Shown: piece by piece, positions 30,670 through 39,654 of the stretch | Position numbering within the stretch: the first letter of the stretch is position 1 | Layout: each line of letters opens with the position of its first letter | Assembly: GCA_965237955.1 (NCBI GenBank) | Contig: OZ250169.1 | Location: forward strand, 4,000,001-4,064,000 | Direction: 5' to 3' | DNA length: 64,000 bases | DNA from: Candidatus Marinacidobacterales bacterium | Lineage (GTDB): Bacteria; Acidobacteriota; Vicinamibacteria; Marinacidobacterales; SMYC01 | Program-made: the position numbers and the translations under genes | The notes under the pieces: model-generated | Databases searched by the model: none | Seen by the model: only the letters and a program-made list of their open reading frames with translations | What the model was told of the DNA's origin: nothing

Positions 30670-31038
30670 ATGCAATGGAAGGATCATGACGGCGCTCCCG
30701 AAGAAGGGATCGAACTGTGCACGCTCGACGAAATTGAAAATGAAGCCGGGAAAGAATTGGTCATTGGTGAAGGCGACACAAAGTGGCCGTTCCGTATGTT
30801 CGTCGTGCGCCGGGGTGGCGACGTGTGGGGCTACGTCAACACCTGCCCCCACCAGCACATTCCGCTGAACTATTTTCCCGACCGTTTCGTCAGCGCGGAC
30901 AAGCAGTTCATCATGTGCGGCAATCAGGCAGCGCTTTTCAATTTCGACGACGGCTACTGCGTCTCGGGACCGTGTGCGGGCCAAAGCCTGCAACGTGTGC
31001 CCGTCACCGTTCGTGATGGGGTGGTGCGCGTCGGATGA
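30670..31038 (+). CDS. Rieske (2Fe-2S) ferredoxin-like protein
   Basis: YVNTCPH first box and CVSGPCAG tail. The second box reads CGNQ instead of CxxH. Confidence 0.75.
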   Translation: MQWKDHDGAPEEGIELCTLDEIENEAGKELVIGEGDTKWPFRMFVVRRGGDVWGYVNTCPHQHIPLNYFPDRFVSADKQFIMCGNQAALFNFDDGYCVSGPCAGQSLQRVPVTVRDGVVRVG

Positions 31039-31368
31039 CGACCCTCAGGCGACAGCTCGGGCTTGCCGCGGTCATGGCCGTCGTCATGGGCGACATACTC
31101 GTTCCCCTGCAGCTCATGAACGTCGCGACCGTCGCCGCCGTTCCGCCTACGAAAGCGCGCTCTGGAAAATCGCCACAACGATCAGTATTTGACGCCTGGC
31201 TATCCCGTCGTGCCGCTCGTTTTCATCGTCGTGATGACGCTTTTAATGGTGAACACGGCAATCTATAACCCGCAGGATACGTTCATCGGGCTCGCGCTGA
31301 CCGCGCTGGGACTACCCGTGTATCTTTGGATACGAGAAGGCTACGATTCGTCTGAACAAACGCCCTGA
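31035..31368 (+). pseudogene. APC-family amino-acid permease remnant with large internal deletion
   Basis: N-terminus TLRRQLGLAAVMAVVMGDI is joined to C-terminus YLTPGYPVVPLVF..GLPVYLW. Confidence 0.7.
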
Positions 31369-31385
31369 TGTAGACTCGCCGGGCT

Positions 31386-33096
31386 ATGACGTATCTCAGA
31401 CTTTGCCTCGTTTTGATGCTGGTGGTCGCCGGCTGCGGCGGTGAGACGGGTCCCGAGCCAGCGGACCTCGTGCTCTTACACGGCAAGATCGTCACCGTCG
31501 ATGACGATAGGCCCGAGGCGCAGGCGCTCGCCGCGAAAGGCGGCGTGATCCTCGCCGTCGGAAGTGACGCCGATATCGAGCCCTACATCGGTGACGACAC
31601 CCGCGTTCTCGACCTCGAAGGCTTGCTCGCCGTTCCCGGCCTCATCGAAGGCCACGGCCACTACATGAGCTACGGCGCGTCTATGATGGAGCTCGACCTT
31701 CGCAATGCACGCGATTAGGATCATATCGTGTCGATGGTCGAAAATGCCGTCGCCGAAGCCGAGCCGGGTGAATGGATCGTGGGCCGCGGGTGGCATCAAG
31801 ACAAATGGGAGTCGCGGCCGGAGCCGAGCGTGGAAGGCCTGCCGACGCACGACACGCTGAGCGCGAGCCCAGAGAATCCGGTTTTCTTGAGCCACACGAG
31901 CGGTCACGGCGTTTTCGTGAACGCCAAAGCTTTGGAAGCAGCCGGGCTCACGCGCGACAGCAAAGACCCGTCCGGTGGCGAGATGGTTCGAGACGCCGAC
32001 GGGAATCTGATCGGCATGCTGCGCGAAGGTTTCCGCGCGGCCGGCGCGGGACGCGCTCGCCGACTACCAGGCCCAGCAATCGCCGGAAGAGATCGATCGT
32101 GTGCGCCGCCAACACGTACAGCTTGCGGCCGATGACGCTATGAAAAACGGCATCACCAGCTTTCAAGACATGGGATCGAGCTTCGAGACGATCGACCTGC
32201 TCAAGACCATGGCCGACGAAAGCAATTTGCCGATTCGGCTCTACATGGCCGTTCAGGAGACCGCCGAGGACATGAAGGACAAGCTCGCCGACTACCGCAT
32301 GGTGGGCTACGGCGATGGCTATCTCACCGTGCGCACCATCGGTGAGAAAGTGCTCGACGGCGCGCTCGGAACCCACGGCGGCTGGTTACTCGAACCGTAC
32401 ACGGATCTGCCACGAAGCGCCGGCTTCGAAGTCACGCCCGTAACCGAGATCGAGGCGTCGGCTGCGCTCACGATGGAGCACGACTACCAGATGGCGATCC
32501 AGGGCATCGGCGATCGTGCCGCGCGGATTCTTTTCGACATTTACGAGAAGGAGTTCGAAAAGAACTACGCCAAAAGTGATTTCCGGTGGCGTATCGAGCA
32601 TGCTCAAGTCATCCATCCCGACGACTTGCCGCGGTTTGCCGAGCTCGGTGTCATTCCAGGCATCCAAGGTGTCTTCGCGTGCTCCGACGGTCCCTGGGTC
32701 GTCGATCGTCTCGGCGAAGAGCGCACCCAGGAGCGCGGCTACATCTACCGTTCCATGATCGAATCGGGTGCCATCGTCCAAAACGGAACCGATCCGCCGG
32801 TCGAGGAGATCGATTCCATCGCGAGCTTCGACTGTTCGGTTACGAGGCGACTTCCGGACGGATCCATCTTCAACGCCGACGAAGCGATGACGCGCGAGCA
32901 AGCCCTTCGCTCGCACACCATCAATAATGCTTTTGCCGCGTTCGAAGAGGACGAGAAGGGCTCGCTCACACCGGGGAAATACGCCGACATCACCGTGTTG
33001 TCGAAAGACCTGATGACGATTCCCGACGACGAGATCCGCACGACCGAGGTCGTGTACACGATCATCGGCGGCGAGGTGAAGTACGAAAATCGGTGA
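31386..33096 (+). pseudogene. Amidohydrolase 3 (YtcJ-like) lipoprotein, interrupted
   Basis: VPGLIEGHGH, GRGW, DGALG, RIEHAQ and GSLTPGKYAD motifs. In-frame TAG at 31716-31718 and a frameshift near 32030. Confidence 0.85.
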
Positions 33097-33805
33097 TCAC
33101 GAAGCGCATCTCTGGGTCGTACGACCGGACGATATTCGTGATGAGAAGCTTCTCCGCGCCTACGGCGAGCTCCTCACGGAGGACGAGCGCCAAAAGCGCG
33201 ACCGGTTCCGCTTCGAAAAAGACCAGCACAGCTGCCTCGTAACCCGCGCGCTCGTGCGGACGGTTCTATCGAAGTACACGGACGTGCCGCCCGAAGCGTG
33301 GCGCTTCGTCACCAACGAGTACGGCCGACCCGAGATCGAGCAGCCCAAAGACGCGATGTGGATGAAGTTCAACCTATCGCACACCAACGGCCTCATCGCC
33401 TGCATCGTCGCCCGCGATCGGGAAGTCGGCGTCGATGTAGAGGATCGCGAGCGACGAGGCCGCCTATTGAACGTGGCCGACCGCTACTTCTCACCGTCGG
33501 AAGTAGAAGCGCTCCGAGCGCTCCCCGAGAACGAACAGCTCGATCGGTTCTTCCTTTACTGGACGCTGAAGGAATCCTACATCAAGGCCCGCGGCATGGG
33601 CCTCGCGATCCCGCTATCGCAGTTCTCGTTCGCCGTCGCCTCCGATATCTCGATCGCGTTCGACCCCAAACTCGACGACGACCCCGACAGTTGGCAGTTC
33701 ACCGCCATGAGCTTCGGCCCCCGCCACGCGCTCGCTGCCAGCATCCGACGCGGCGCCGAAGACAATGTGCGGGTAGTACTGCACGAAACGGTACCCTTAA
33801 CTTAG
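33083..33805 (+). CDS. 4'-phosphopantetheinyl transferase (Sfp type)
   Basis: YGRP, FNLSHT, VGVDVE and WTLKESYIKARG motifs. The open frame extends up to an ACG at 33083. Confidence 0.9.
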   Translation, partial: TKIGDHEAHLWVVRPDDIRDEKLLRAYGELLTEDERQKRDRFRFEKDQHSCLVTRALVRTVLSKYTDVPPEAWRFVTNEYGRPEIEQPKDAMWMKFNLSHTNGLIACIVARDREVGVDVEDRERRGRLLNVADRYFSPSEVEALRALPENEQLDRFFLYWTLKESYIKARGMGLAIPLSQFSFAVASDISIAFDPKLDDDPDSWQFTAMSFGPRHALAASIRRGAEDNVRVVLHETVPLT

Positions 33806-33842
33806 GGCCCGCATCAACGGTGTAGCGGCAGGGACGAAAACG

Positions 33843-34001
33843 GGTGCTTCCGTCAAGAAGTGTTGGCGCAATGAAGTTAAGGCTTTATGGTGCAATAGCT
33901 TAAGTCAAGTTAGGCCCTGTCAACTTCTGTTCGCGTTAAACTAAGCGCCTTCTTTGCAATAGAATGCGTACACATCACCAACAGTAGATGACGGAAGCAC
34001 C
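33843..34001. mobile_element. MITE-like 159-bp element with terminal inverted repeats
   Basis: GGTGCTTCCGTCA-N5-TGTTGG at the left end and its reverse complement at the right end; AT-richer interior. Confidence 0.55.
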
Positions 34002-34253
34002 CAATTCTAAGTCGGCTATGGTAAGATGCGGCTCCATTTTCATACGCTCATTCGGTGAGGCATCGGGAGAAGAAAGAGCGAATTTCGAGTCTGGGCAATT
34101 CTGAGCCCTTCTGGTCGACTTGCTATGGGAATCCGACCAAATGTTCGTTTTTCGGTGAGCTGTCGACCGATAATCAACGTAACGAAGAGGGAGCTAATCT
34201 TTCCAAAGAGGGCGGCTTCCTCTGCGCGTGAGGTTGCATAAGGAGGAGAATCG

Positions 34254-34607
34254 ATGGACCGAAGACAGTTCAATAAATGGATGGGGGCCGCAGTCGCGGG
34301 AATGCTGGTGGGCTCCAATGTCTCCGCGCAGGAAAAAAAGGATGAGGAGAAGGCAGCCAAACACGTCTGTAAGGGGCTGAATGACTGTAAGGGCCAGGGC
34401 GGCTGCACGACGGCGAAGAATGACTGCTCCGGCAAGAATGACTGCAAGGGTCAGGGCGGTTGTGCGACCGTGGCGCATCACGACTGTTCCGGCAAGAACG
34501 AGTGTAAAGGCCAGGGCGGTTGCGGAGGCCAAGCGGGCAAGAATGATTGCAAGGGCCAGGGCGGCTGCGAGGTACCGCTCAACCCGGAACATCAGAAAAA
34601 GAAGTAG
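34254..34607 (+). CDS. Cys-rich MNIO RiPP precursor (BufA2/bufferin-like) with twin-arginine-like signal
   Basis: AAGGAGGAG RBS; MDRRQF..VSA signal; four CKGQGGC repeats, 11 Cys; directly upstream of DUF692. Confidence 0.85.
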   Translation: MDRRQFNKWMGAAVAGMLVGSNVSAQEKKDEEKAAKHVCKGLNDCKGQGGCTTAKNDCSGKNDCKGQGGCATVAHHDCSGKNECKGQGGCGGQAGKNDCKGQGGCEVPLNPEHQKKK

Positions 34608-34619
34608 TTATTGTCTTAT

Positions 34620-34660
34620 CGGGGGCCACCGGGCGACCAGTGGCCCCCGGTGTCTTTTGT
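34620..34660 (+). terminator. Intercistronic stem-loop after precursor gene
   Basis: CGGGGGCCAC...GTGGCCCCCG stem followed by a T-rich run. Confidence 0.6.
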
Positions 34661-34668
34661 AGGCGCCT

Positions 34669-35547
34669 GTGTCGGATATTCCTCTCATGAAGACGAATCG
34701 GTGGGGCTTGCCTGACCTCGGGATCGGGGTAGGTCTGCGCACCGTGCATTTCGGGTACGTTCTGGCCAACCAACCTGCTGTGGATTGGTTCGAGATTCTT
34801 TCGGAGAACTTCATGGACACGGGCGGGCGGCCGCTATACGTTTTGGACCAGGTTGCCGAGCGTTATCCGATCGCCATGCACGGTGTGTCGATGAACATCG
34901 GAAGCAAGGATCCCTTGGACTGGGATTATCTTCGCAAGCTCAAGGAGCTGGCCCGGCGGACGAAAGCACATTTGGTGTCGGACCATCTCTGCTGGACGGG
35001 AGTGGCCGGTCAGAACGTGCACGATCTTCTTCCCATGCCAACGAACGAGGAGACGCTTCGATACACCATATCTCGAGTCGGGGAGGTTTCGGATTTTCTC
35101 GAGCGTCCGCTCATCCTCGAGAATGCGTCCACTTACCTGGAGTTCGCCTCTTCGACCATGACAGAGTGCGATTTCCTGGCCCGGCTACTCGAGGAAGCCG
35201 ACTGCGGCATCTTGCTCGATGTGAACAACGTCTATGTCAGTTCTTTCAATCACGGTTTCGACCCCCGTGCTTATATTGATGCCATCCCGCCGGATCGCGT
35301 CGTCCAGTATCACCTGGCCGGACACACCAACAAGGGGACGCACATCATCGATACCCACAATGACCACGTTATCGACGAGGTCTGGGATCTCTACGGTTAC
35401 AGCCACGAGCGGACCGGGCCCGTGGCGACGCTACTCGAGTGGGACGCGGACATCCCCGAGTTTGAGGTCCTCCACGCCGAAGCGCTCAAGGTTCGAGCCT
35501 ATCGCGGACACGCGCAAGCCGAGACAGTGCAGACCCGTGGCAACTGA
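34669..35547 (+). CDS. DUF692 multinuclear non-heme iron oxidative enzyme (MNIO, BufB-like)
   Basis: GVGLR, EILSENF, HGVSM, SDHLCW, LENAS, LLDVNNVYV, HLAGH, IDTH and EWD motifs. Confidence 0.93.
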   Translation: MSDIPLMKTNRWGLPDLGIGVGLRTVHFGYVLANQPAVDWFEILSENFMDTGGRPLYVLDQVAERYPIAMHGVSMNIGSKDPLDWDYLRKLKELARRTKAHLVSDHLCWTGVAGQNVHDLLPMPTNEETLRYTISRVGEVSDFLERPLILENASTYLEFASSTMTECDFLARLLEEADCGILLDVNNVYVSSFNHGFDPRAYIDAIPPDRVVQYHLAGHTNKGTHIIDTHNDHVIDEVWDLYGYSHERTGPVATLLEWDADIPEFEVLHAEALKVRAYRGHAQAETVQTRGN

Positions 35548-36385
35548 AATTCACCTGGATCAAGTCCAACGTTGGATGCAGGCGTTCATCGTCCATCCCG
35601 GAACCGACGAAGAAGCGCTCGAAACGGCAAGCGCAGAAGGCATTTCTGGCGAAGAGGTGCCACGCGTCGTTCTTCCCTCCTCCGCGCTCACCGCGATCGA
35701 GCGGGTGGGAATCTACCGCGGGATGTATCTACTGAGGCTGGCGGAGACCCTAGAGGTGGATTACCCTGCGGTCCAGCATTTCCTCGGAAACGAAGCCTTC
35801 ATGGAGCTGGTGAGAGGCTATGTTCACGCCTACCCACCGCGCAGCTATACGTTGAACCGGTTGGGGGATCACTTGCCCGAGTACATACGCTCGGCAAACG
35901 GCGTTCCTCGTCGGGAATTTCTTCACGATCTAGCTCGATTGGAGCTTGCGGTCACCGAGGTGTTCGATGCACCGGAGTCTCCAGTTCTGGCCACCGAGCA
36001 GATCGTCGCTATCCCAACCGATGCCTGGGAGCAAGTCCGTCTCAAGCCGATCGCAGCATTTCGACTTCTTTCCTTCCGCTACCCGGTCGAAGCCTACTTG
36101 GATTCGGTGAAGGATGAGAGTCACGATCACCCCAGGGCGCGACGAAAAGACACCTGGTTGGTCGTCTTCCGTCACAACTACGTTTGCCGACGGCTGGACC
36201 TCAGCCGCCCCGCGTACAACCTGTTGCAGGATCTAACCTCGGGCACTCCTATGGGAGATGCGATCACGTCATCCGTCCGCAAGCACCGGAGGCGGAAGGG
36301 ATTTGAAGAGGATCAACTTTTCCGACGGTTTCGCGACTGGGTGAGTGAGGGGGTTTTCCAGTCTATAGAACTACCCTCTTCCTGA
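35537..36385 (+). CDS. DUF2063 / HvfC-BufC-like MNIO partner protein
   Basis: RVGIYR..Y..RL..L..DYP..LG..F and DLARLE patterns; overlaps the DUF692 stop. Confidence 0.85.
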   Translation: MATEIHLDQVQRWMQAFIVHPGTDEEALETASAEGISGEEVPRVVLPSSALTAIERVGIYRGMYLLRLAETLEVDYPAVQHFLGNEAFMELVRGYVHAYPPRSYTLNRLGDHLPEYIRSANGVPRREFLHDLARLELAVTEVFDAPESPVLATEQIVAIPTDAWEQVRLKPIAAFRLLSFRYPVEAYLDSVKDESHDHPRARRKDTWLVVFRHNYVCRRLDLSRPAYNLLQDLTSGTPMGDAITSSVRKHRRRKGFEEDQLFRRFRDWVSEGVFQSIELPSS

Positions 36386-36460
36386 CCAGGGTGGTGGCCT
36401 TGCCCCGGTCCACCTCACACCTAGCAGCTAGTAGAGCACCGTTCGGCTTTTCTCTCAGCA

Positions 36461-36506
36461 GCAATAGAATGCGTACACATCACCAACGGTAGACGGCGGA
36501 AGCACC
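36461..36506 (+). repeat. 46-bp direct repeat of the MITE-like right end (33956-34001)
   Basis: GCAATAGAATGCGTACACATCACCAAC(A/G)GTAGA(T/C)G(A/G)CGGAAGCACC, 3 mismatches between copies. Confidence 0.88.
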
Positions 36507-36565
36507 ATCATTAGACGACGATGCGAGACCAACCGCGTGCGCTTCTTGCCGGCCACAATAATTCG

Positions 36566-37375
36566 TCAGCCCGGTAGAATCTCGCGGAGATAGGCGTCCA
36601 TTCCCTCGTCGACGTTCCAATGCCTCGGATAGCCGAGGGAGACTTCCTCGAACCGCACGCCGTCGATGATATCCGTCGAGCGTATGTGGAGATGACCGTA
36701 CACGACGACTTTGGCGCGGAACCGCACATGCCAATCTTTGGTTCGCTTCGTGCCGCACCAGAGCGAAAACCGCGGGATACGCCAGAGCCGCACCAGCTCT
36801 TGCCTCAAAGGAAAGTGATTAATAATGACGAGCGGATACTCTGCGGCCGCCTCCTCGAGCCGTTTCTCCGCGACAGCGCATCGAGCCACGCACCAGGCCT
36901 CACGGCTCGGATGTGGGTCGGGGTGGAGGTAGCGCTCGTCGGCGCAGACGATGCCGGCCTCGGCCGCCCAGTCGAGCGCCTCGTCCGCGGACACGTCGTC
37001 GGGACGGAAGGTGTAGTCGTAGAGCAGGAAGAGTGGTGCGAGCGCACAGGGTCCGCCCTCGCCCTCCCACACGACGAACGGATCCTCGGGCGTGATGACG
37101 TCGAGCTCGCGGCAAAGCTCGACGAGAGCCTGATACTTCGCTTCGCCGCGCGGCCCGTCGCGCGGGAGAGTCCACAAATCGTGATTGCCCGGCACCCACA
37201 AGACGCGATCGAATCGATCGGTCGCGATCTCGAGGGCCAACTCCAAATGTGCGAGCGTCTCACCCAGGTCGCCGCCGAGGATGAGCCAGTCGTCGGGATG
37301 TGATCCTAGAGTGTCGAGCGCCTCTCGGTTCTCCTCGAACCCGAGATGGAGGTCGCTGAGCGCGTATAGCTTCAT
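36566..37375 (-). CDS. Metallophosphoesterase, PptH (Rv2795c)-like phosphopantetheinyl hydrolase
   Basis: SDLH, DWLILGGD, WVPGNHDLWT, TPEDPF, LFLLYDY, NHFPL, FSLWCGT, YGHLH and FEEVSLGYP motifs. Confidence 0.82.
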   Translation of the reverse strand: MKLYALSDLHLGFEENREALDTLGSHPDDWLILGGDLGETLAHLELALEIATDRFDRVLWVPGNHDLWTLPRDGPRGEAKYQALVELCRELDVITPEDPFVVWEGEGGPCALAPLFLLYDYTFRPDDVSADEALDWAAEAGIVCADERYLHPDPHPSREAWCVARCAVAEKRLEEAAAEYPLVIINHFPLRQELVRLWRIPRFSLWCGTKRTKDWHVRFRAKVVVYGHLHIRSTDIIDGVRFEEVSLGYPRHWNVDEGMDAYLREILPG

Positions 37376-37878
37376 CGCACCTGGGCGAACTCAGGACGAT
37401 ACCGAGCGAGTCCTCGTATACCCTCCATCGCCGACTCGTCGAGCACGAGCAGCATGAACACTTCGTCGGGCACGTTCCACTCGCACCGCACTCCATGAGC
37501 AATCGCCCGCTCGAAGCCGAACCGCGGATAGTAGTCCGGATGCCCCAGCACAATCACGAACGGGCATCGTCGCTCCTCGAGTTTCGCTAGGCCCGCGCGA
37601 ACGAGCTCGGAGCCGATTCCGTCGCGCTGCCGCGCCGGAATGACCGCCATCGGCGCCAGCCCCATCCCCTGCACGTCGCCAAGAAAAGCCGGACTAAAAA
37701 GGATGTGACCCACGATGTCCTGATCGTCCACGGCGACGAGAGACAATAGATCCGAGCAGTTGTTTCGAAGTGTATCGACGAGTTGCGCTTCCTGAGGCTG
37801 TCCGAACGCGTCCGTGTTCACGCGCCGGATCGCATCGGCTTCGCCCGCCTGCTCCTCGCGGATCTCGATCGCTTCCAT
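37372..37878 (-). CDS. GNAT N-acetyltransferase (YhbS-like)
   Basis: VGHILFS, LAPMAV, QRDGIGSEL and VLGHPDYYPRFGF motifs. Confidence 0.9.
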   Translation of the reverse strand: MEAIEIREEQAGEADAIRRVNTDAFGQPQEAQLVDTLRNNCSDLLSLVAVDDQDIVGHILFSPAFLGDVQGMGLAPMAVIPARQRDGIGSELVRAGLAKLEERRCPFVIVLGHPDYYPRFGFERAIAHGVRCEWNVPDEVFMLLVLDESAMEGIRGLARYRPEFAQVR

Positions 37879-37897
37879 CTCCAGCGAAGAGTTTAGA

Positions 37898-38263
37898 TCA
37901 TCTGACGCGTCGCCTGCGCCAAACGAAGAAGTACGCGGCGAGGTTCACGGCAACGACGAGGGCCGCGAGAACGAACTGCACGTTCCGCGTCAGCCCGTCG
38001 GGGTAGACGATCGGCAGCAGGTAACGCTCGACGAAGCTTTCCGAATATCCTTGCTCTCCGGCGTGCAGGCGGAGCCAGCTCTCGAGCGGCGTCAGAGGGC
38101 AAGTCCAATTGAAAAGCTCGATGAGCACACCCCACGCCGCAGCCGGCAGGTGTGCCCACACGATACGAGGCCAACGAGCCACGGTGAGCCCACCAAGAAC
38201 GATGAACGCGATGAAGGCGAGATGGAGCGCCAGCGTCGCGTCAGCGAGCGCTGCGTAGATCAT
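37898..38263 (-). CDS. DUF2784 family membrane protein
   Basis: LAD..HLAF, HLPAAAW, CPLTPLE and YLLPIVYP motifs. Confidence 0.85.
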   Translation of the reverse strand: MIYAALADATLALHLAFIAFIVLGGLTVARWPRIVWAHLPAAAWGVLIELFNWTCPLTPLESWLRLHAGEQGYSESFVERYLLPIVYPDGLTRNVQFVLAALVVAVNLAAYFFVWRRRRVR

Positions 38264-38372
38264 GCGTAAGAAAGATCCCCCAGGCCAGATTTACCACCCT
38301 CGACGTAAACGCTGATATTGAGTGTCTCATCGACTCCGCACCGATATCCTATACTCCAGGTTCACTTATTAG

Positions 38373-38816
38373 TTGGAGTTCCTGCAATCGAGATCCAACG
38401 AAACACAGGCGGCGTTCTCTCCCAACGGACGATGGATCGCCTACACATCCGACGAATCCGGTCGGCGGGAGGTCTACGTTCGATCCTTTCCCGAGCCGAG
38501 AGCTAAGCGACAGGTCTCTACCGAAGGCGGATTCCGTCCTCTGTGGAACCCAAATGGACGAGAGCTTTTCTACCGTAGGGACGGCCAGATGATCGCGGTC
38601 GAGACCAAAACAGAGGGCGAGCTCGTCCTGGGCACGCCGCGGGTCCTTTTCGAGTCGGACGCTCACATGCGTCAAAGATTGAGTTACGATGTCAGCGCCG
38701 ACGGCGAGCGCTTCGTCATGATCGACCGAGGCGAATCGGTTCCGCCGTCGAGGGAGCTCGTTCTCGTCCAGAATTTCGGGGAAGAGCTGAAGCGGCTCGT
38801 TCCCACCAACAACTGA
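38373..38816 (+). pseudogene. C-terminal PD40/TolB-like propeller fragment typical of acidobacterial Ser/Thr kinases
   Basis: FSPNGRWIAYTSDESGRREVYV, PLWNPNGRELFY and YDVSADGERF..LVQNFGEELKRLVP. No kinase domain upstream. Confidence 0.7.
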
Positions 38817-38846
38817 ACGGCTGAGCGCTGTCTCGAATAACTTATA

Positions 38847-39242
38847 ATGAAGCCCGCTTTGAGTGGGCTTACGGAAGTCTTTTTCGTCGGCGCCGGAGGG
38901 TTCGTGGGCGCGAGCCTGAGGTTCATCATGAGTGGACTCGTCCAGCGTCTCGATCCCATGGGCACGTTTCCCTACGGGACCATGAGCGTGAACGTTCTCG
39001 GCTGTCTCGTCATCGGGATCCTGGGGGGCCTTGCCGATTCCCGTCACGTGCTCGGTCCCAACGCGCGCTTGTTCGTACTCCTCGGGGTGCTCGGGGGCTT
39101 CACGACGTTCTCGACGTTCGCGTTCGAGTCGCTCGCACTTCTAAGGGACGGTGAGAGCCTCCGCGCCGGCGCCAATGTATTCGGGAGCGTTCTCGCTTGC
39201 CTCGTCTCGGTTTGGCTCGGCTACGCGATAGGAAACCGCTGA
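38847..39242 (+). CDS. crcB: Fluoride efflux channel Fluc
   Basis: GGFVGASLR, FPYGTMSVNVLGC and GVLGGFTTFSTF motifs. Confidence 0.93.
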   Translation: MKPALSGLTEVFFVGAGGFVGASLRFIMSGLVQRLDPMGTFPYGTMSVNVLGCLVIGILGGLADSRHVLGPNARLFVLLGVLGGFTTFSTFAFESLALLRDGESLRAGANVFGSVLACLVSVWLGYAIGNR

Positions 39243-39577
39243 TGACGCTTCCCAAACAAGGCCACTTGCTCCGGATCTTCATTGGCGAGCGCGACAAGGT
39301 TGGTCGAGTGCCCCTCTACGAGTGGATCGTTCGCAAGGCACGCGAGCACGGTCTCGCTGGTGCCACGGTGCTGCGCGGTCTCGAGGGCTTCGGCGCCAAG
39401 AGCCACCTACACACGGCGAAAATACTGCGGCTCTCGACGGACCTTCCCATCGTCATCGAGATCGTGGACACCAAAGAGAAAATCGAAGCATTCCTTCCGG
39501 AAATCGATGACGCCATCACCGATGGTCTAGCAACCCTCGAGAAAGTCGAAGTTCGCTTCTACCGCAGCGGGCGCTAG
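39242..39577 (+). CDS. DUF190 (PII-like) protein
   Basis: LLRIFIGE, GLAGATVLRG and LSTDLPIVIEIVD motifs; the usual crcB partner. Confidence 0.9.
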   Translation: MTLPKQGHLLRIFIGERDKVGRVPLYEWIVRKAREHGLAGATVLRGLEGFGAKSHLHTAKILRLSTDLPIVIEIVDTKEKIEAFLPEIDDAITDGLATLEKVEVRFYRSGR

Positions 39578-39654
39578 CAACGCCGCCTGGTTGCACTCCG
39601 CGGACTGGTCGCAGAGAATACCCTCCCCCTTGTCTCTGCGGGAGGGCTAGTGTC

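Noticed and set aside
33880-33945. GTTAGGC motif as an integron attC site
   Set aside because: No matching RYYYAAC/inner-box palindrome and no IntI-type integrase were found.
34360-34570. Short DNA repeats (TGYAAGGGCCAGGGCGG) as a mini-CRISPR
   Set aside because: They are in frame and vary at third codon positions, so they encode the CKGQGGC peptide repeats.
38264-38846. Fluoride riboswitch upstream of crcB
   Set aside because: No GATGGAGTTC..GCTGATGAC-type consensus was visible; the region is occupied by a propeller gene fragment.
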